A stretch of DNA of 64,000 nt from Candidatus Latescibacterota bacterium (GCA_963791045.1 CAWBQK010000017.1:256001-320000); one strand, 5' to 3'; positions 48,423 through 58,325 are shown, counted from the stretch's first letter. Numbers and translations are program-made. Notes: generated by a model from the letters alone, not told the origin.

Positions 48423-49358
48423 ATGCCGGACAGAAACATGAACGATACAAAATACGAGAATATACAACGAGGGTTGGCGGGTCGCCGGAAGTATGGCTGG
48501 ATTGCGCTATCTGTGGTCCTTGTGTGGTTGGCGACCGGGTTTTATACCGTGGATTCGAATCAACGCGGCGTCATCACGCGTTTTGGCAAGGTTCGGGGTA
48601 GAACGCCCCCCGGAATTCACTATGCGCTTCCACGACCCATCGATCGTGTGTTTACCCCGGCAACGACTGAGGTCCGCAGGATCGAAGTGGGGTTTCGCTT
48701 GAAAGGAGAGTTGTGGGCGGAGAAACGCCGTTCGGATATGCTCACCGGGGACCAGAATATCCTCAAGGTTATGATGGTTGTGCAGTATAAAATACGCGAG
48801 CCGGAGAAATATCTCTTCGATGTTTCGGAGCCGGATTGGCTTGTCGAGCGCGCGATCGAGTCGGCGATGTCCGCGTACATATCTCGTGTGTCCGTGGATG
48901 ACGTTCTTACCACCGCCAAGGCCGAGATCGAGATACGCACCGTCGAAGGCGCCCAAGCATTGCTCGATCACTATGGTGTTGGCGTGTCGCTCCTGACGGG
49001 CAACCTCCAGGTGGTTTCGCCGCCAGTGCCGGTCATCGAGGCGTTCAACGATGTGGCGCGCGCGAAGAAAGACAGCGAACGCACGATTGAAGACGCTCGT
49101 GTATATTCGAACGAGATCATTCCAAGATCCGAAGGGGAAGCGGAAGGCATCACGAATGCTGCCGGCGGTGCTTACGAGATGCGTGTCAAACAGGCGCATG
49201 GACACGCAAAACGATTCAACGATCTTCTCGTGGAATACAACCGTGATCGTAGTCTCACCAAACAACGATTGTACCTGGAAACAGTGGAGAGGGTTCTGTT
49301 AAAAACAAAAGTGGTAATCGTTGATGACAGTTCGACCGTCACCATCATCGAAGATTAA
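48423..49358 (+). CDS. hflK: HflK-like SPFH protein
   Basis: GVITRFG, PGIHY, MLTGDQNI, PP.PV.EAFNDV.RA, RLYLETVE. Confidence 0.88.
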   Translation: MPDRNMNDTKYENIQRGLAGRRKYGWIALSVVLVWLATGFYTVDSNQRGVITRFGKVRGRTPPGIHYALPRPIDRVFTPATTEVRRIEVGFRLKGELWAEKRRSDMLTGDQNILKVMMVVQYKIREPEKYLFDVSEPDWLVERAIESAMSAYISRVSVDDVLTTAKAEIEIRTVEGAQALLDHYGVGVSLLTGNLQVVSPPVPVIEAFNDVARAKKDSERTIEDARVYSNEIIPRSEGEAEGITNAAGGAYEMRVKQAHGHAKRFNDLLVEYNRDRSLTKQRLYLETVERVLLKTKVVIVDDSSTVTIIED

Positions 49359-49434
49359 TCCCGCCGTCACGCCCCATCAGATGCGCGTACCTCGTCCAGC
49401 CCTTTCCAATGTATACTATCGCTGATTCGAGGAT

Positions 49435-49569
49435 AAAAAAAACGAGAGTACTAGCCCGATGCCAACCGTGTCGCTTAACGCCCATCAGAGGCCCATGCGG
49501 CAACCGCTTCGCTAAAGCATTATAGCTTGAGAGCAGAGGGCTCACGCGAAGGTTCGGGATACTCTCGTT
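49435..49569 (-). ncRNA. Candidate structured small RNA (~135 nt, 6S-like rod)
   Basis: Perfect promoter immediately upstream; 10-bp closing stem AACGAGAGUA/UACUCUCGUU; internal stems; U-run at the 3' end. Confidence 0.65.
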
Positions 49570-49575
49570 AGTAAT

Positions 49576-49605
49576 ATTATACTCGGGCATCGTTTCGACT
49601 GTCAA
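49576..49605 (-). promoter_or_regulatory. Consensus sigma70 promoter
   Basis: TTGACA(49605-49600)-18 nt-TATAAT(49581-49576) on the - strand. Confidence 0.8.
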
Positions 49606-50034
49606 CCCCCCGGCCTAAATTTTTGGAATCCATAACCTGTTAATTCACAGTCCGTTGCACAGCCCATTTAACCTTTTTTCGACATCAAGGGGTTGCTGTA
49701 ACACGCTGATATACAACGCGTTGTGGTGGTGTACGAACTTGCGTTTTTATAATGGGTTGAAAGGGGGGCTTGATGTGAAATCCAACCAAGATACGGGGGG
49801 AGCATCTTGAGAGGGGTGAAAACGGTGTTCCCGGTTGCTAGCAATCTATGGCCGACCAATCGGGAACACCGAAGAAAATCACCTTCTCAGCCACCACAGT
49901 AGGTCGATGAGGTAAATCCTCTGCATGTTGCACCCCCTTGTAAGGGTAGGTTGACTTACCTGCTACCGGGCGATATTTTGGATTGCTCAATATGTCGCAC
50001 AGCAAAAAGCGTTCCGTGTGCGGTGTGGCGGGAG

Positions 50035-52527
50035 TTAAGCGTTTTTATATCTGACAATTACATTTGTTATGTCATCGTGTTGCTTGCCGTCCCCAAAGGC
50101 CAGAATCGTTGCAAATAGCGAATCCTGCAACCGTCCGAGCGGCAAGTTCCGGTTCGCTTTGAGAAATCGGATCAGACGGTCCTCGCCATACTCCTCGTCG
50201 GTGGGGCTGGCCTGCTCCGTGACTCCATCGGTGTAAAGAAAGAGAATGTCGCCGGGGTCGAGACGAACTCTTCCTTCTGTATAGACGTGGTTGCTATCAA
50301 TGCCGAGAATCAGTCCGCCTTCGCCCAGCCTGTCGGCGAACTCCGTCTTCAAAAGGATCGCGGGGCAGTGACCTGCATTGCAAAAAGAAAAGGTCGAGTC
50401 GATCATATCGATGATGCCGTAAAAGAACGTGGTGAACAACTCGCTCTTTGCGTTTGCACACAGATGCTTATTGAGTTCGCCGACGACATCACTGGGATTC
50501 ATCCGATCGCGCACGGCTAGGTTCTTGAACACTGCCTGGAGCGATGACATCAGCATTGCTGCGGGAACGCCTTTGCCACTGACGTCCCCGATGGCGACGC
50601 CGATACGGTTCGCGTCGAGCGCGAAATAATCAAAGTAGTCACCGCCAACCTCGACGGAGCTGACCATTTTGCCGGCGAGATCCAATTGGGAGTGATGGGG
50701 CGGTTTCTTGGGGAGAAGATCGAGTTGGATTTCTCTCGCGAGCATAACCTCGTTTTTGAGGCGTTCCTGTTGGATCGAAGCCTCGTGAAGATCGGCATTC
50801 TCCAGCACCAGCCCAAGATGTTCCGACAAAGTTTCGAGGAGCTCGGAGTCAGTTTGAGTGTAGAGCAGACCGGAACGTTTTTTTCCAAGTATGATGAGTC
50901 CAAAGAGAGCGTCCGCCGAACCCACGGGAAGACACACGGCGGCTTGTGTCGAGGCGAGAAACCCCAACGAGGGGCCATCCAGATATCTTCTTTCCCACGT
51001 GTTGTCCAGGTATTCGACCATGAGCGGCTTTCGGTAACGGCTCAGGTACCTGCCGAGAAGCGATCCTGTGGGAAACGTTTCAGGAAATTTCGCCCCGTTT
51101 GAATTGTCGGTATCGAGAGCGAGACGCCCGTCTTCCTGGTCGTACCGATAGAAAACAAAATAGGACGCCTTGAGAAGGGAGCCTATACGGTTGGAAAAGT
51201 GATCGAGGATCTCGGACGATTTGATTTTGTGTGAGATCTCCCTGTTGAATTCCACAACTTCCTGACGGTAATCGTATTCACCACGGAAAAACAAACGATC
51301 GACAACGCCCTGGACGATCTGGCGCGCGGGGGCAAAAATAACGGCAAGAACAAGGACCGTAATAACGGAGAAGTAAGTCGGGTCGAGCTTGAATTCGGTC
51401 GTAAAGTAGTCGCCAAGAAAACGAACGACACCGTAATACGCGGCTATAATGACACCGGTGAGAAACGCGTACACAATGCTCTTTCTCACCACAATGTTGA
51501 GTTCGATTGCGCCATGCTTGAGGATTGCGTACGCAAACGACACCGACACGAACGCGAGACCCAGCGAGCAAACAAATTCCCATGTCGTGTATGTCCCCGG
51601 CATGATCTGACGCCACACGATCATGGAAAGGAAGGGAAGCATCCCGACTATGGTTCCACCGATTGCAATACGAAGTTTTTGCCGCTGCGCCACCGTAGAC
51701 GATCGGTAATTGCGGACAAATACAACCATGGAAGCCACGAGGTACGCCGTAATGTAGAGAGTCGATATCGACAGAATAAGGGTGAGAACAACGGTCGGAG
51801 TGTGGTCAAAATAAAAATTGCGTATCGCGAAAACACAACTTATCAAATAGATGAGGGTCGGTATTGTGTAGATCAGCAGAGCACGGCGGATAAGCTCGCG
51901 TTTGCCGGGCGGGCGGAGCCGATCGGGAAAAACGAGAAAAAAGTGAAGAAAGACCGCGGGAAAAAATATCATTGCCGCGTCGTCGAATAGCTCACCGGCG
52001 ATCTGCAGAAACGATATGTCGAATACGGGCCTGTCTCCGAGAAGATAACAAATGATAATCGAAGTGAGGGCGAAGGTGATGCCGATGGTATCCGTCCGGC
52101 GGAGCAATACGAGAAGACCGGTCAAAAGAAATGTAAACCCAACGAGAACCAGTCCGAAGCGGCGGTGAACGATCGATGAGGGGATAGTAACGTATTCGAC
52201 CTCGACGGTGAATTCTTCGCCGTTCCTTTCCAGGACATATTCGGTCGGCTCGAAGGAGCCGTTTTTTCTGACGACAGATCTGAGGTGTTTGTAGTTACGG
52301 ACGGGCACGCCGGCGACGGAGATGATTTCGTCATTGAGTTCGATGGGTTTTTCTGCGTTTGGGCCCTTTGAATTGATGTTCTGAACTGTGAGATTCAGCG
52401 TCTCGATCCCCGAATATGGGGTATTTATAAGGTCGCGCGACCCGGGAAACTGGAGAAAAACCGTCAGGAGCACCAGGAGCAGGACAGGGAATCGGAGGTA
52501 CCGGTGGTGGAGCGGTGCTTGACGCAT
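50035..52527 (-). CDS. Membrane PP2C/SpoIIE (RsbU-like) phosphatase with PDZ and GAF domains
   Basis: VGGDYFD, GDVSGKGVPAA, CNAGH, YTDGVTE, DDIT; multiple TM helices; PDZ-like NDEIISVAG. Confidence 0.9.
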   Translation of the reverse strand: MRQAPLHHRYLRFPVLLLVLLTVFLQFPGSRDLINTPYSGIETLNLTVQNINSKGPNAEKPIELNDEIISVAGVPVRNYKHLRSVVRKNGSFEPTEYVLERNGEEFTVEVEYVTIPSSIVHRRFGLVLVGFTFLLTGLLVLLRRTDTIGITFALTSIIICYLLGDRPVFDISFLQIAGELFDDAAMIFFPAVFLHFFLVFPDRLRPPGKRELIRRALLIYTIPTLIYLISCVFAIRNFYFDHTPTVVLTLILSISTLYITAYLVASMVVFVRNYRSSTVAQRQKLRIAIGGTIVGMLPFLSMIVWRQIMPGTYTTWEFVCSLGLAFVSVSFAYAILKHGAIELNIVVRKSIVYAFLTGVIIAAYYGVVRFLGDYFTTEFKLDPTYFSVITVLVLAVIFAPARQIVQGVVDRLFFRGEYDYRQEVVEFNREISHKIKSSEILDHFSNRIGSLLKASYFVFYRYDQEDGRLALDTDNSNGAKFPETFPTGSLLGRYLSRYRKPLMVEYLDNTWERRYLDGPSLGFLASTQAAVCLPVGSADALFGLIILGKKRSGLLYTQTDSELLETLSEHLGLVLENADLHEASIQQERLKNEVMLAREIQLDLLPKKPPHHSQLDLAGKMVSSVEVGGDYFDYFALDANRIGVAIGDVSGKGVPAAMLMSSLQAVFKNLAVRDRMNPSDVVGELNKHLCANAKSELFTTFFYGIIDMIDSTFSFCNAGHCPAILLKTEFADRLGEGGLILGIDSNHVYTEGRVRLDPGDILFLYTDGVTEQASPTDEEYGEDRLIRFLKANRNLPLGRLQDSLFATILAFGDGKQHDDITNVIVRYKNA

Positions 52528-52751
52528 ATCAAGGCCTCCTTCCGCCCATCGGCGGCACGGCCACGGGTGTGATTTTCGATAACCGAAACGAGCTTGGGTG
52601 CCGCCGCCGCCGCTGTCAATACGTTTTTGGGAAGAGTGGCGGCAGGGGCCGGATGAGTGGACGCAGAGGACAAAACGCTTGCCTAGAGGGCACGGTTGTG
52701 ATAGTTTACCATATTATGTCTAAGTTACCGAATTAAGGGGGCTTATAGCGA

Positions 52752-53420
52752 ATGGCATCTCAGAGAAGAATTAAAAAGAAACGACTCAAGGAAGATCAAC
52801 TCGTCACCATCACCGTGAAGGCGACGCGGCTCGTCCAGGAGTATTTTACCCAGGTTATTATTGGGGTTTTGGTTCTCGTCGTAGCAGTGGCGGCGATTGT
52901 ATTTACCTCTCATACGCGGCGAAACGCCGCTCGCGACTCGGAAGCCGAATTCTCGGTCGCCATGAGCCAGTATAACGCCCGCGACGTGGACGGCGCCGCG
53001 ACGGCGTTCGAGCATATCGCGGATCGATATGGCGGATATCGAGCCGGCAAACTTTCGTACTACTTTCTTGCCAAGTCACTCCTCGCGAACAAACGGTACG
53101 AAGATGCCCTGGCTGCGTTCGACGAATATATCGGAAAAGCCGATGGCAATGCGCCATTTCGGGATGCTGCCGTCATTGGCAAAGCCATGTGCCATGAAGG
53201 CCTCCATAATTTCACCGCCGCGGCGGAACTTTTGGAACAACTTTCGCAAACAATTGTTCCGGAAGATCCCCGTCGTCTTGAAGTGCTTTTCCAGGCGGCG
53301 AACGATTACGGTAAGGCCGGAACTCGGGAAAAGGCCATCGAGTTGTTCCAGGTCGTCGCTGACGAGGCCACAGGGCCTCTCAAGGACCGGGCATCGGTAT
53401 CCGTGGCCATTCTCGAATAA
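52752..53420 (+). CDS. YfgM-like membrane-anchored TPR protein
   Basis: LKEDQL N-terminus, single TM helix, TPR helices. Confidence 0.75.
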   Translation: MASQRRIKKKRLKEDQLVTITVKATRLVQEYFTQVIIGVLVLVVAVAAIVFTSHTRRNAARDSEAEFSVAMSQYNARDVDGAATAFEHIADRYGGYRAGKLSYYFLAKSLLANKRYEDALAAFDEYIGKADGNAPFRDAAVIGKAMCHEGLHNFTAAAELLEQLSQTIVPEDPRRLEVLFQAANDYGKAGTREKAIELFQVVADEATGPLKDRASVSVAILE

Positions 53421-53435
53421 GCGCGAGGATCCATC

Positions 53436-53819
53436 GTGACAGAATCCCTCAGGAACGACGAAGTCGAAACCGCACTTCTTGCCGATCACGAGCGTTGGTA
53501 CGCCGCGGCGGGATACCTGTTCTTTCTCTGCTTTTTCAGCCTCTGGAAGGGAAGAGAGAGCGATTTTGTCCAGTTCCACGCCAAACAGGCGTTTTTGCTC
53601 TTCCTGGCGGAGTGTGTGTGCCTCATCGGCATCCTGGTCGTCGACCGAACCGTTGGCAGGCTGCCATTTCTCGGGCTATTAATCGTTATACTTCTTCAGA
53701 TCGTGGTATATCTCGCGGCGTTGCTTCTCTCCGTCATGGGATTTGTCAAAGCACTCTTCGGTGAGCGCTGGATTATGCCGTTCTTCGGCGTGTACAGCCA
53801 CAAAGTTCCGCTCCTCTAG
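53436..53819 (+). CDS. DUF4870-like membrane protein
   Basis: FVQFHAKQA, G..KA..GE...P motifs. Confidence 0.75.
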   Translation: MTESLRNDEVETALLADHERWYAAAGYLFFLCFFSLWKGRESDFVQFHAKQAFLLFLAECVCLIGILVVDRTVGRLPFLGLLIVILLQIVVYLAALLLSVMGFVKALFGERWIMPFFGVYSHKVPLL

Positions 53820-53915
53820 ACCTGTATTGCGAACAACGATAAATACTTAAGGGACTGTTCTCAGGAAGGGAAAGGACAATTCGGCCTTTGAGGATCGCCT
53901 TAAACACGACTACGA

Positions 53916-53943
53916 GTGGCGTATAAGATATATTATGTTAACT
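53916..53943. other. dif site (XerCD chromosome dimer resolution)
   Basis: GTGGCGTATAA-GATATA-TTATGTTAACT versus E. coli GGTGCGCATAA-TGTATA-TTATGTTAAAT; intergenic between convergent genes. Confidence 0.85.
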
Positions 53944-53998
53944 AGGACATATAAGATAAAGGGCGAACCCGGAATTTCATCCATAATCCGCCCATTTA

Positions 53999-56510
53999 CT
54001 AAAGGATGATATTGACCAGTTTGTTCTTTACGGTGATCACCTTCCGCGGCGTTTTATCCCCGATCAGTTCCTTGATACGTTCGTGCTGCAAGCGCCGCCG
54101 CCTCGAGTTCCGCCTCGGGTATGTCGGCGTCCATGTCGATCCGCGCCCTGATCTTGCTGTTGATCTGCACGACGAGCGTGATCTGCTCCGCCGCCGCGTA
54201 TTCCGGAATCGACACCGGAAGCTCCGCGCGGAAAACGCTATCAGTGTGGCCGGCGCGCTCCCACAATTCCTCACATAGATGTGGCGTCATGGGCGCCAAC
54301 AGCCGGACCAGCACATAGAACGCATTTGCAAAAACATCCCCGGCCGGTGTGTCCGGATTGACCTTTCCGGCGTCCGCGAATGAGCTCATCATGTTGGTGA
54401 GTTCCATTGCCGCACTGATGGCCGTGTTGAAATGGAAATTATCCGCCAGGTCTTTTCTGACCTTATCGACGGCCCAGTGCGTCTTCCGGAACAGCTCTCG
54501 CCCATCATCGTCTAGCGAGTCGTAGTCAATTGCGATTTCGCGCGCACCCTCGAGAGCTTCGATATTGGCCTCAAAGAGCCTGTAGACGCGGTTTAGAAAA
54601 CGGTTGCAGCCCTCAATGCTGTCATCCCGCCATTCGGTGTCTCTTTCCGGCGGTCCGGCAAACAATATATAGAGACGCATCGTATCCGCGCCGAATTTCT
54701 CGATAATCGGGTCGGGACTGACGACGTTGCCTTTGCTCTTGGACATTTTGACGCCGTCTTTGCAAATCATGCCTTGCGTGAATAAACGCTCGAACGGCTC
54801 GGTGAATTCCAGCAATCCTATCCGATTCAGGAATTTCGTAAAAAATCTGGCATATAACAGATGTAAAATGGCGTGTTCTACCCCACCGATATATTGATCG
54901 ACAGGTAACCACTTATTTACCAATGGCTTATCGAATACGTTTTCCGTGTCTCCCGGGCTGATATATCGGAGGAAATACCAGCTCGAATCCACAAACGTGT
55001 CCATTGTATCCGTATCCCTGGAGGCCTTTTTACCGCATTTGGGGCAATCTACGGCCACATACGACTCAACCCCCGCCAAGGGGCTTTTGCCGTCCCCACG
55101 GGGCCTGAAATCGATGTCATCGGGAAGCAGCACGGGCAGATCCGCCTCGGGAACGGGCACCACACCGCAATCGGCGCAGTGGATCATCGGGATCGGAGTG
55201 CCCCAATATCGTTGCCGCGACACGAGCCAGTCCCTGAGCCTGTAATTGATCGTTCGTTCGCCGATACCATCTTTTTCGGCGCGGTCGGCGATTCTGTTGA
55301 AAGCGTCGTCGCTGTCAAGACCGGAGAATTCACCGCTGTTTATGGTGTCGCCCTTGCCCGGATAAGCCGCTTCGGGAAACGGTGTGTCGCCATCCTTGGG
55401 CCGGATGACTTCCGTGATTTCCAACTCATATCGTTTGGCAAATTCGAAATCCCGTTCGTCGTGCGCCGGCACTGCCATGATCGATCCCGTACCATATTCG
55501 ATGAGGACATAAGGCGCGAGATAGATGGGAATCTCATGACCCGAAAAAGGATTGATCGCAAACCGGCCGGTAAAGAAACCGGTTTTGCGTGGTTCGGTCC
55601 TGGTCCTGCCGCTGAGTTTTTCCGTGCGTTCGACATCGATAAATTTCCGGGCCTCGTCTTCCCTGCCCGTACCTTCGAGAAGCGCGTCCACTCCCGGGTG
55701 TTCGGGAGACAAAACGAGAAAAGTGGCGCCAAAGATCGTGTCCGGACGAGTTGTAAAACAAACAAACTCCTCCGGGCTTTTCGCCGAGCCGTCTTCGATG
55801 GGTTTGACCGGGAAACGGATCTCAAGACCTTCACTCCTGTCGATCCAGTTTCGCTGCATCGCGAGAACACGTTCGGGCCATGACTTGAGTGTGTCAAGGT
55901 CTTCGAGGAGCGCGTCGGCGAACTCCGTAGTCTTGAAGAACCACTGTTCCAAAAACCGCTCATCGATTTCCGCCCCGCACCGTTCGCACGCGCCGCCAAC
56001 GACCTGTTCGTTCGCGAGCACCGTCTGGCACGAAGGACACCAATTGACCGAAGCAGCCTTGCGATACGCGAGTTCTTCTTTGAATAGCTGAATGAAGAGC
56101 CACTGGGTCCATTTGTAATATTCGGGATCACACGAGGCAACCTCGCGCGTCCAATCGTAAACCACGCCCCATCGGTAGAATTGTTCTTTCATGCGCGCGA
56201 TGTTGTCGCGTGTCCACACAGATGGATGAATGTCATTAGTCAGCGCGGCGTTCTCAGCGGGCAGACCAAACGCGTCCCAACCCATTGGCGCGAGGACATC
56301 GTATCCTTCCATCATTTTGAGACGCGCGAGCGCATCGCCGATGACATAGTTCCGCCCGTGCCCCACGTGGAGATCGCCCGACGGGTACGGATACATCATA
56401 AGACAGTAGTATTTCTTGTCCGCGCTGGACAGATCCACCGCCATGAGTTTGTCGTCGGCCCAGCGTTGCTGCCATTTCTTTTCTATGTTTTGATGCGGAT
56501 ATTTAGACAT
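53999..56510 (-). CDS. leuS: Leucine--tRNA ligase, one frameshift near the 3' end (~54090)
   Basis: HVGH, GWDAFGLPAEN, SRQRYWG, KMSKSKGN; terminal KVITVKNKLVNIIL lies in another frame. Confidence 0.95.
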
Positions 56511-56532
56511 GGAATACGCCACCCGTGATTCG

Positions 56533-56772
56533 TTAACTGTCTGCTGGATTGAGATTGGCGATCACGTGACACTCATCACCAAGTTCATCAACTTCGATGT
56601 AGGAAGCCCCCAACGATTCGAAGTATGCTTTGAGTTCTTCGACGGCGGGTCCGGCGCTGACGATAACCCGGATCCACTCGATTTTTTCCTTTGCGATCGC
56701 GCTCTCCACCATCATCCTGGGGCCCGGTGAAGATAGACCCTTTGCGTTAATTTTTACTTCATCCGTTCGCAT
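56533..56772 (-). CDS. TusA/SirA-like protein lacking the active-site Cys
   Basis: INAKGLSSPGP aligns with the xDxxGLxCPxP motif; size 79 aa. Confidence 0.6.
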   Translation of the reverse strand: MRTDEVKINAKGLSSPGPRMMVESAIAKEKIEWIRVIVSAGPAVEELKAYFESLGASYIEVDELGDECHVIANLNPADS

Positions 56773-56828
56773 AGCACCCCGCCGGACCCATTGGTCCGTT
56801 GTTTAGTCGAGACGTTTATGATGGGAGT

Positions 56829-57158
56829 CTACAAGAGGTTCTGAATCGCCTGGTCAATTTTGTCCTCGGTCTGGACACCTATCATCTGGTTCGTGATGGT
56901 GCCTTCCTTGAAAAACAACAACGTCGGAATGCTCCTGACCGCGTATTCAGTCGGCATTGACTTTTCCTCGTCAACGTTCATCCGGAGAAACTTGATCTCC
57001 GTTCCATACTTCTCGGCCATCTTCTCGAGGATTGGATGCACCAGTTTGCATGGGTGGCACCACGGCGCCCAGAAATCGATCACAACTGGAACGGCGGAGT
57101 GACGTACTTCGCTTTCAAAACTGGTGTCGTTCACATCGCGTACGCTGTTGCTGGTCAT
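56829..57158 (-). CDS. trxA: Thioredoxin
   Basis: DFWAPWCHPCK, VRSIPTLLFFKEG. Confidence 0.93.
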   Translation of the reverse strand: MTSNSVRDVNDTSFESEVRHSAVPVVIDFWAPWCHPCKLVHPILEKMAEKYGTEIKFLRMNVDEEKSMPTEYAVRSIPTLLFFKEGTITNQMIGVQTEDKIDQAIQNLL

Positions 57159-57269
57159 CGTGATAGCACGTTCCTTTAAAGCTGGGGATTAAGTGCATCC
57201 GAACCTTGCGAGCTTTGCGAGCCTGGGGATTTCTTCCTGGGTTGCAGTAGATTTATATACGCAATTGCC

Positions 57270-58313
57270 TTACAGGGCAAGCGTTTTTCTCTCGATGGAG
57301 GCGACGAGAGCGGTATCGAGGACGCTGAGACCCTGGAGCCCCGTCGACTTGAGTTTGACGTCCGCCCATCGCAAATTGGTGAGATAGATTTTGAGGTCGT
57401 CCGAATCGAAGGCCCTCGCCTGGCCAATGAGTTGGGTCAGCTGGTAGGGGCTTACCCGGCCGGCCATCCGGTTTGTGACGTCGCGCGGGGTAACTCCTTT
57501 TTCGGCGAGCAGCGAAGTGATGTGGAGGAGCTGAAGAACGCGCCGGAGAATCATCGCAAGGACAAAAACAGGCTCTTCCCCACCTTCCACAATCCGGTGC
57601 ATCCTTCGGACCAGGGTGGCCGTATCTTTTTTTCCGAGCTGATCGAGGAACGCAAACAGGTTTTCCGTCCGGTACTTCCCGACGACTTCGCCAACGAGAT
57701 CCCTGTCGATAACCGTCCCCGATTCGACGCTCATCATTATTTTTTCGATTTCATTGGCGAGATCGATAAGACTCGTCCCCACCGAATCGAGAAGGACCTC
57801 GAGTGCGTCGGGATGAATGGTGTAGCCCTCACGGTGCAGCCGGCCCTTGACGCGGTCAATAGTCTCGTCATCGGAGAGGTGTTGAAAACGAAATGACAAT
57901 CCTTTGTCGTCGGCGATCTGCTTGAACTTTTTAATCCGGGCGGTGTCGAGTCTGTCCTGGGCGGTTTCGGCCACGAATATAACGGTGTCGGAAAGCCCCA
58001 CGAGACGTTCGAGCACAAAATCCTTGTTTGCCGTTGTCAGCGCCTCGGTTTTTTTCAGGATTACCATTCGTCGTTCGTTGAAAAGCGGAAACGAACTGAT
58101 GCGTTCGTTAAAAGAGTCGCGGTCGAAATCATCTCCGTGAAAAATATCCAGGTTGAACGCGCGGTTCTGTCCGGAGAGACGAGCCTCGATCAGCTCGCCG
58201 ATAAACTCTTTTTTCATGAATTCTTCCGGGCCGTGCAGAAAGTAGACCTGGTGGTTTGAGCCCGTTTTGAGCTGCTCAAAGAGTTTCTTGTAGAGTTGAA
58301 GTGTGCGTCCCAT
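57270..58313 (-). CDS. holA: DNA polymerase III delta subunit
   Basis: YFLHGPEEF, SFPLFNERRMV, L.NEIEK, D.KLKSTG. Confidence 0.88.
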   Translation of the reverse strand: MGRTLQLYKKLFEQLKTGSNHQVYFLHGPEEFMKKEFIGELIEARLSGQNRAFNLDIFHGDDFDRDSFNERISSFPLFNERRMVILKKTEALTTANKDFVLERLVGLSDTVIFVAETAQDRLDTARIKKFKQIADDKGLSFRFQHLSDDETIDRVKGRLHREGYTIHPDALEVLLDSVGTSLIDLANEIEKIMMSVESGTVIDRDLVGEVVGKYRTENLFAFLDQLGKKDTATLVRRMHRIVEGGEEPVFVLAMILRRVLQLLHITSLLAEKGVTPRDVTNRMAGRVSPYQLTQLIGQARAFDSDDLKIYLTNLRWADVKLKSTGLQGLSVLDTALVASIERKTLAL

Positions 58314-58325
58314 CGTCCCGCCGCA

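Noticed and set aside
34130-49358. Integrated mobile island at tRNA-Arg
   Set aside because: Accessory content, but I found no integrase or transposase and no repeat of the tRNA 3' end
49625-49730. oriC/DnaA boxes (TAATTCACA etc.)
   Set aside because: Two or more mismatches each; convergent genes and dif indicate terminus rather than origin
49345-49859. Small - strand ORFs (86 aa and 63 aa)
   Set aside because: No RBS or recognisable content; the 86-aa ORF starts on the TTG of the -35 box and overlaps the structured RNA
49791-49943. TPP riboswitch on the - strand (GGGGTGC...GCTGAGA...ACCC)
   Set aside because: Lacks the downstream ACCTGAT/TAATGC elements and any downstream gene
52697-52724. 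Second dif-like site (ATATTATGTCTAAG)
   Set aside because: XerC arm absent; better explained as a promoter region (TTGCCT-17-TAGTTT)
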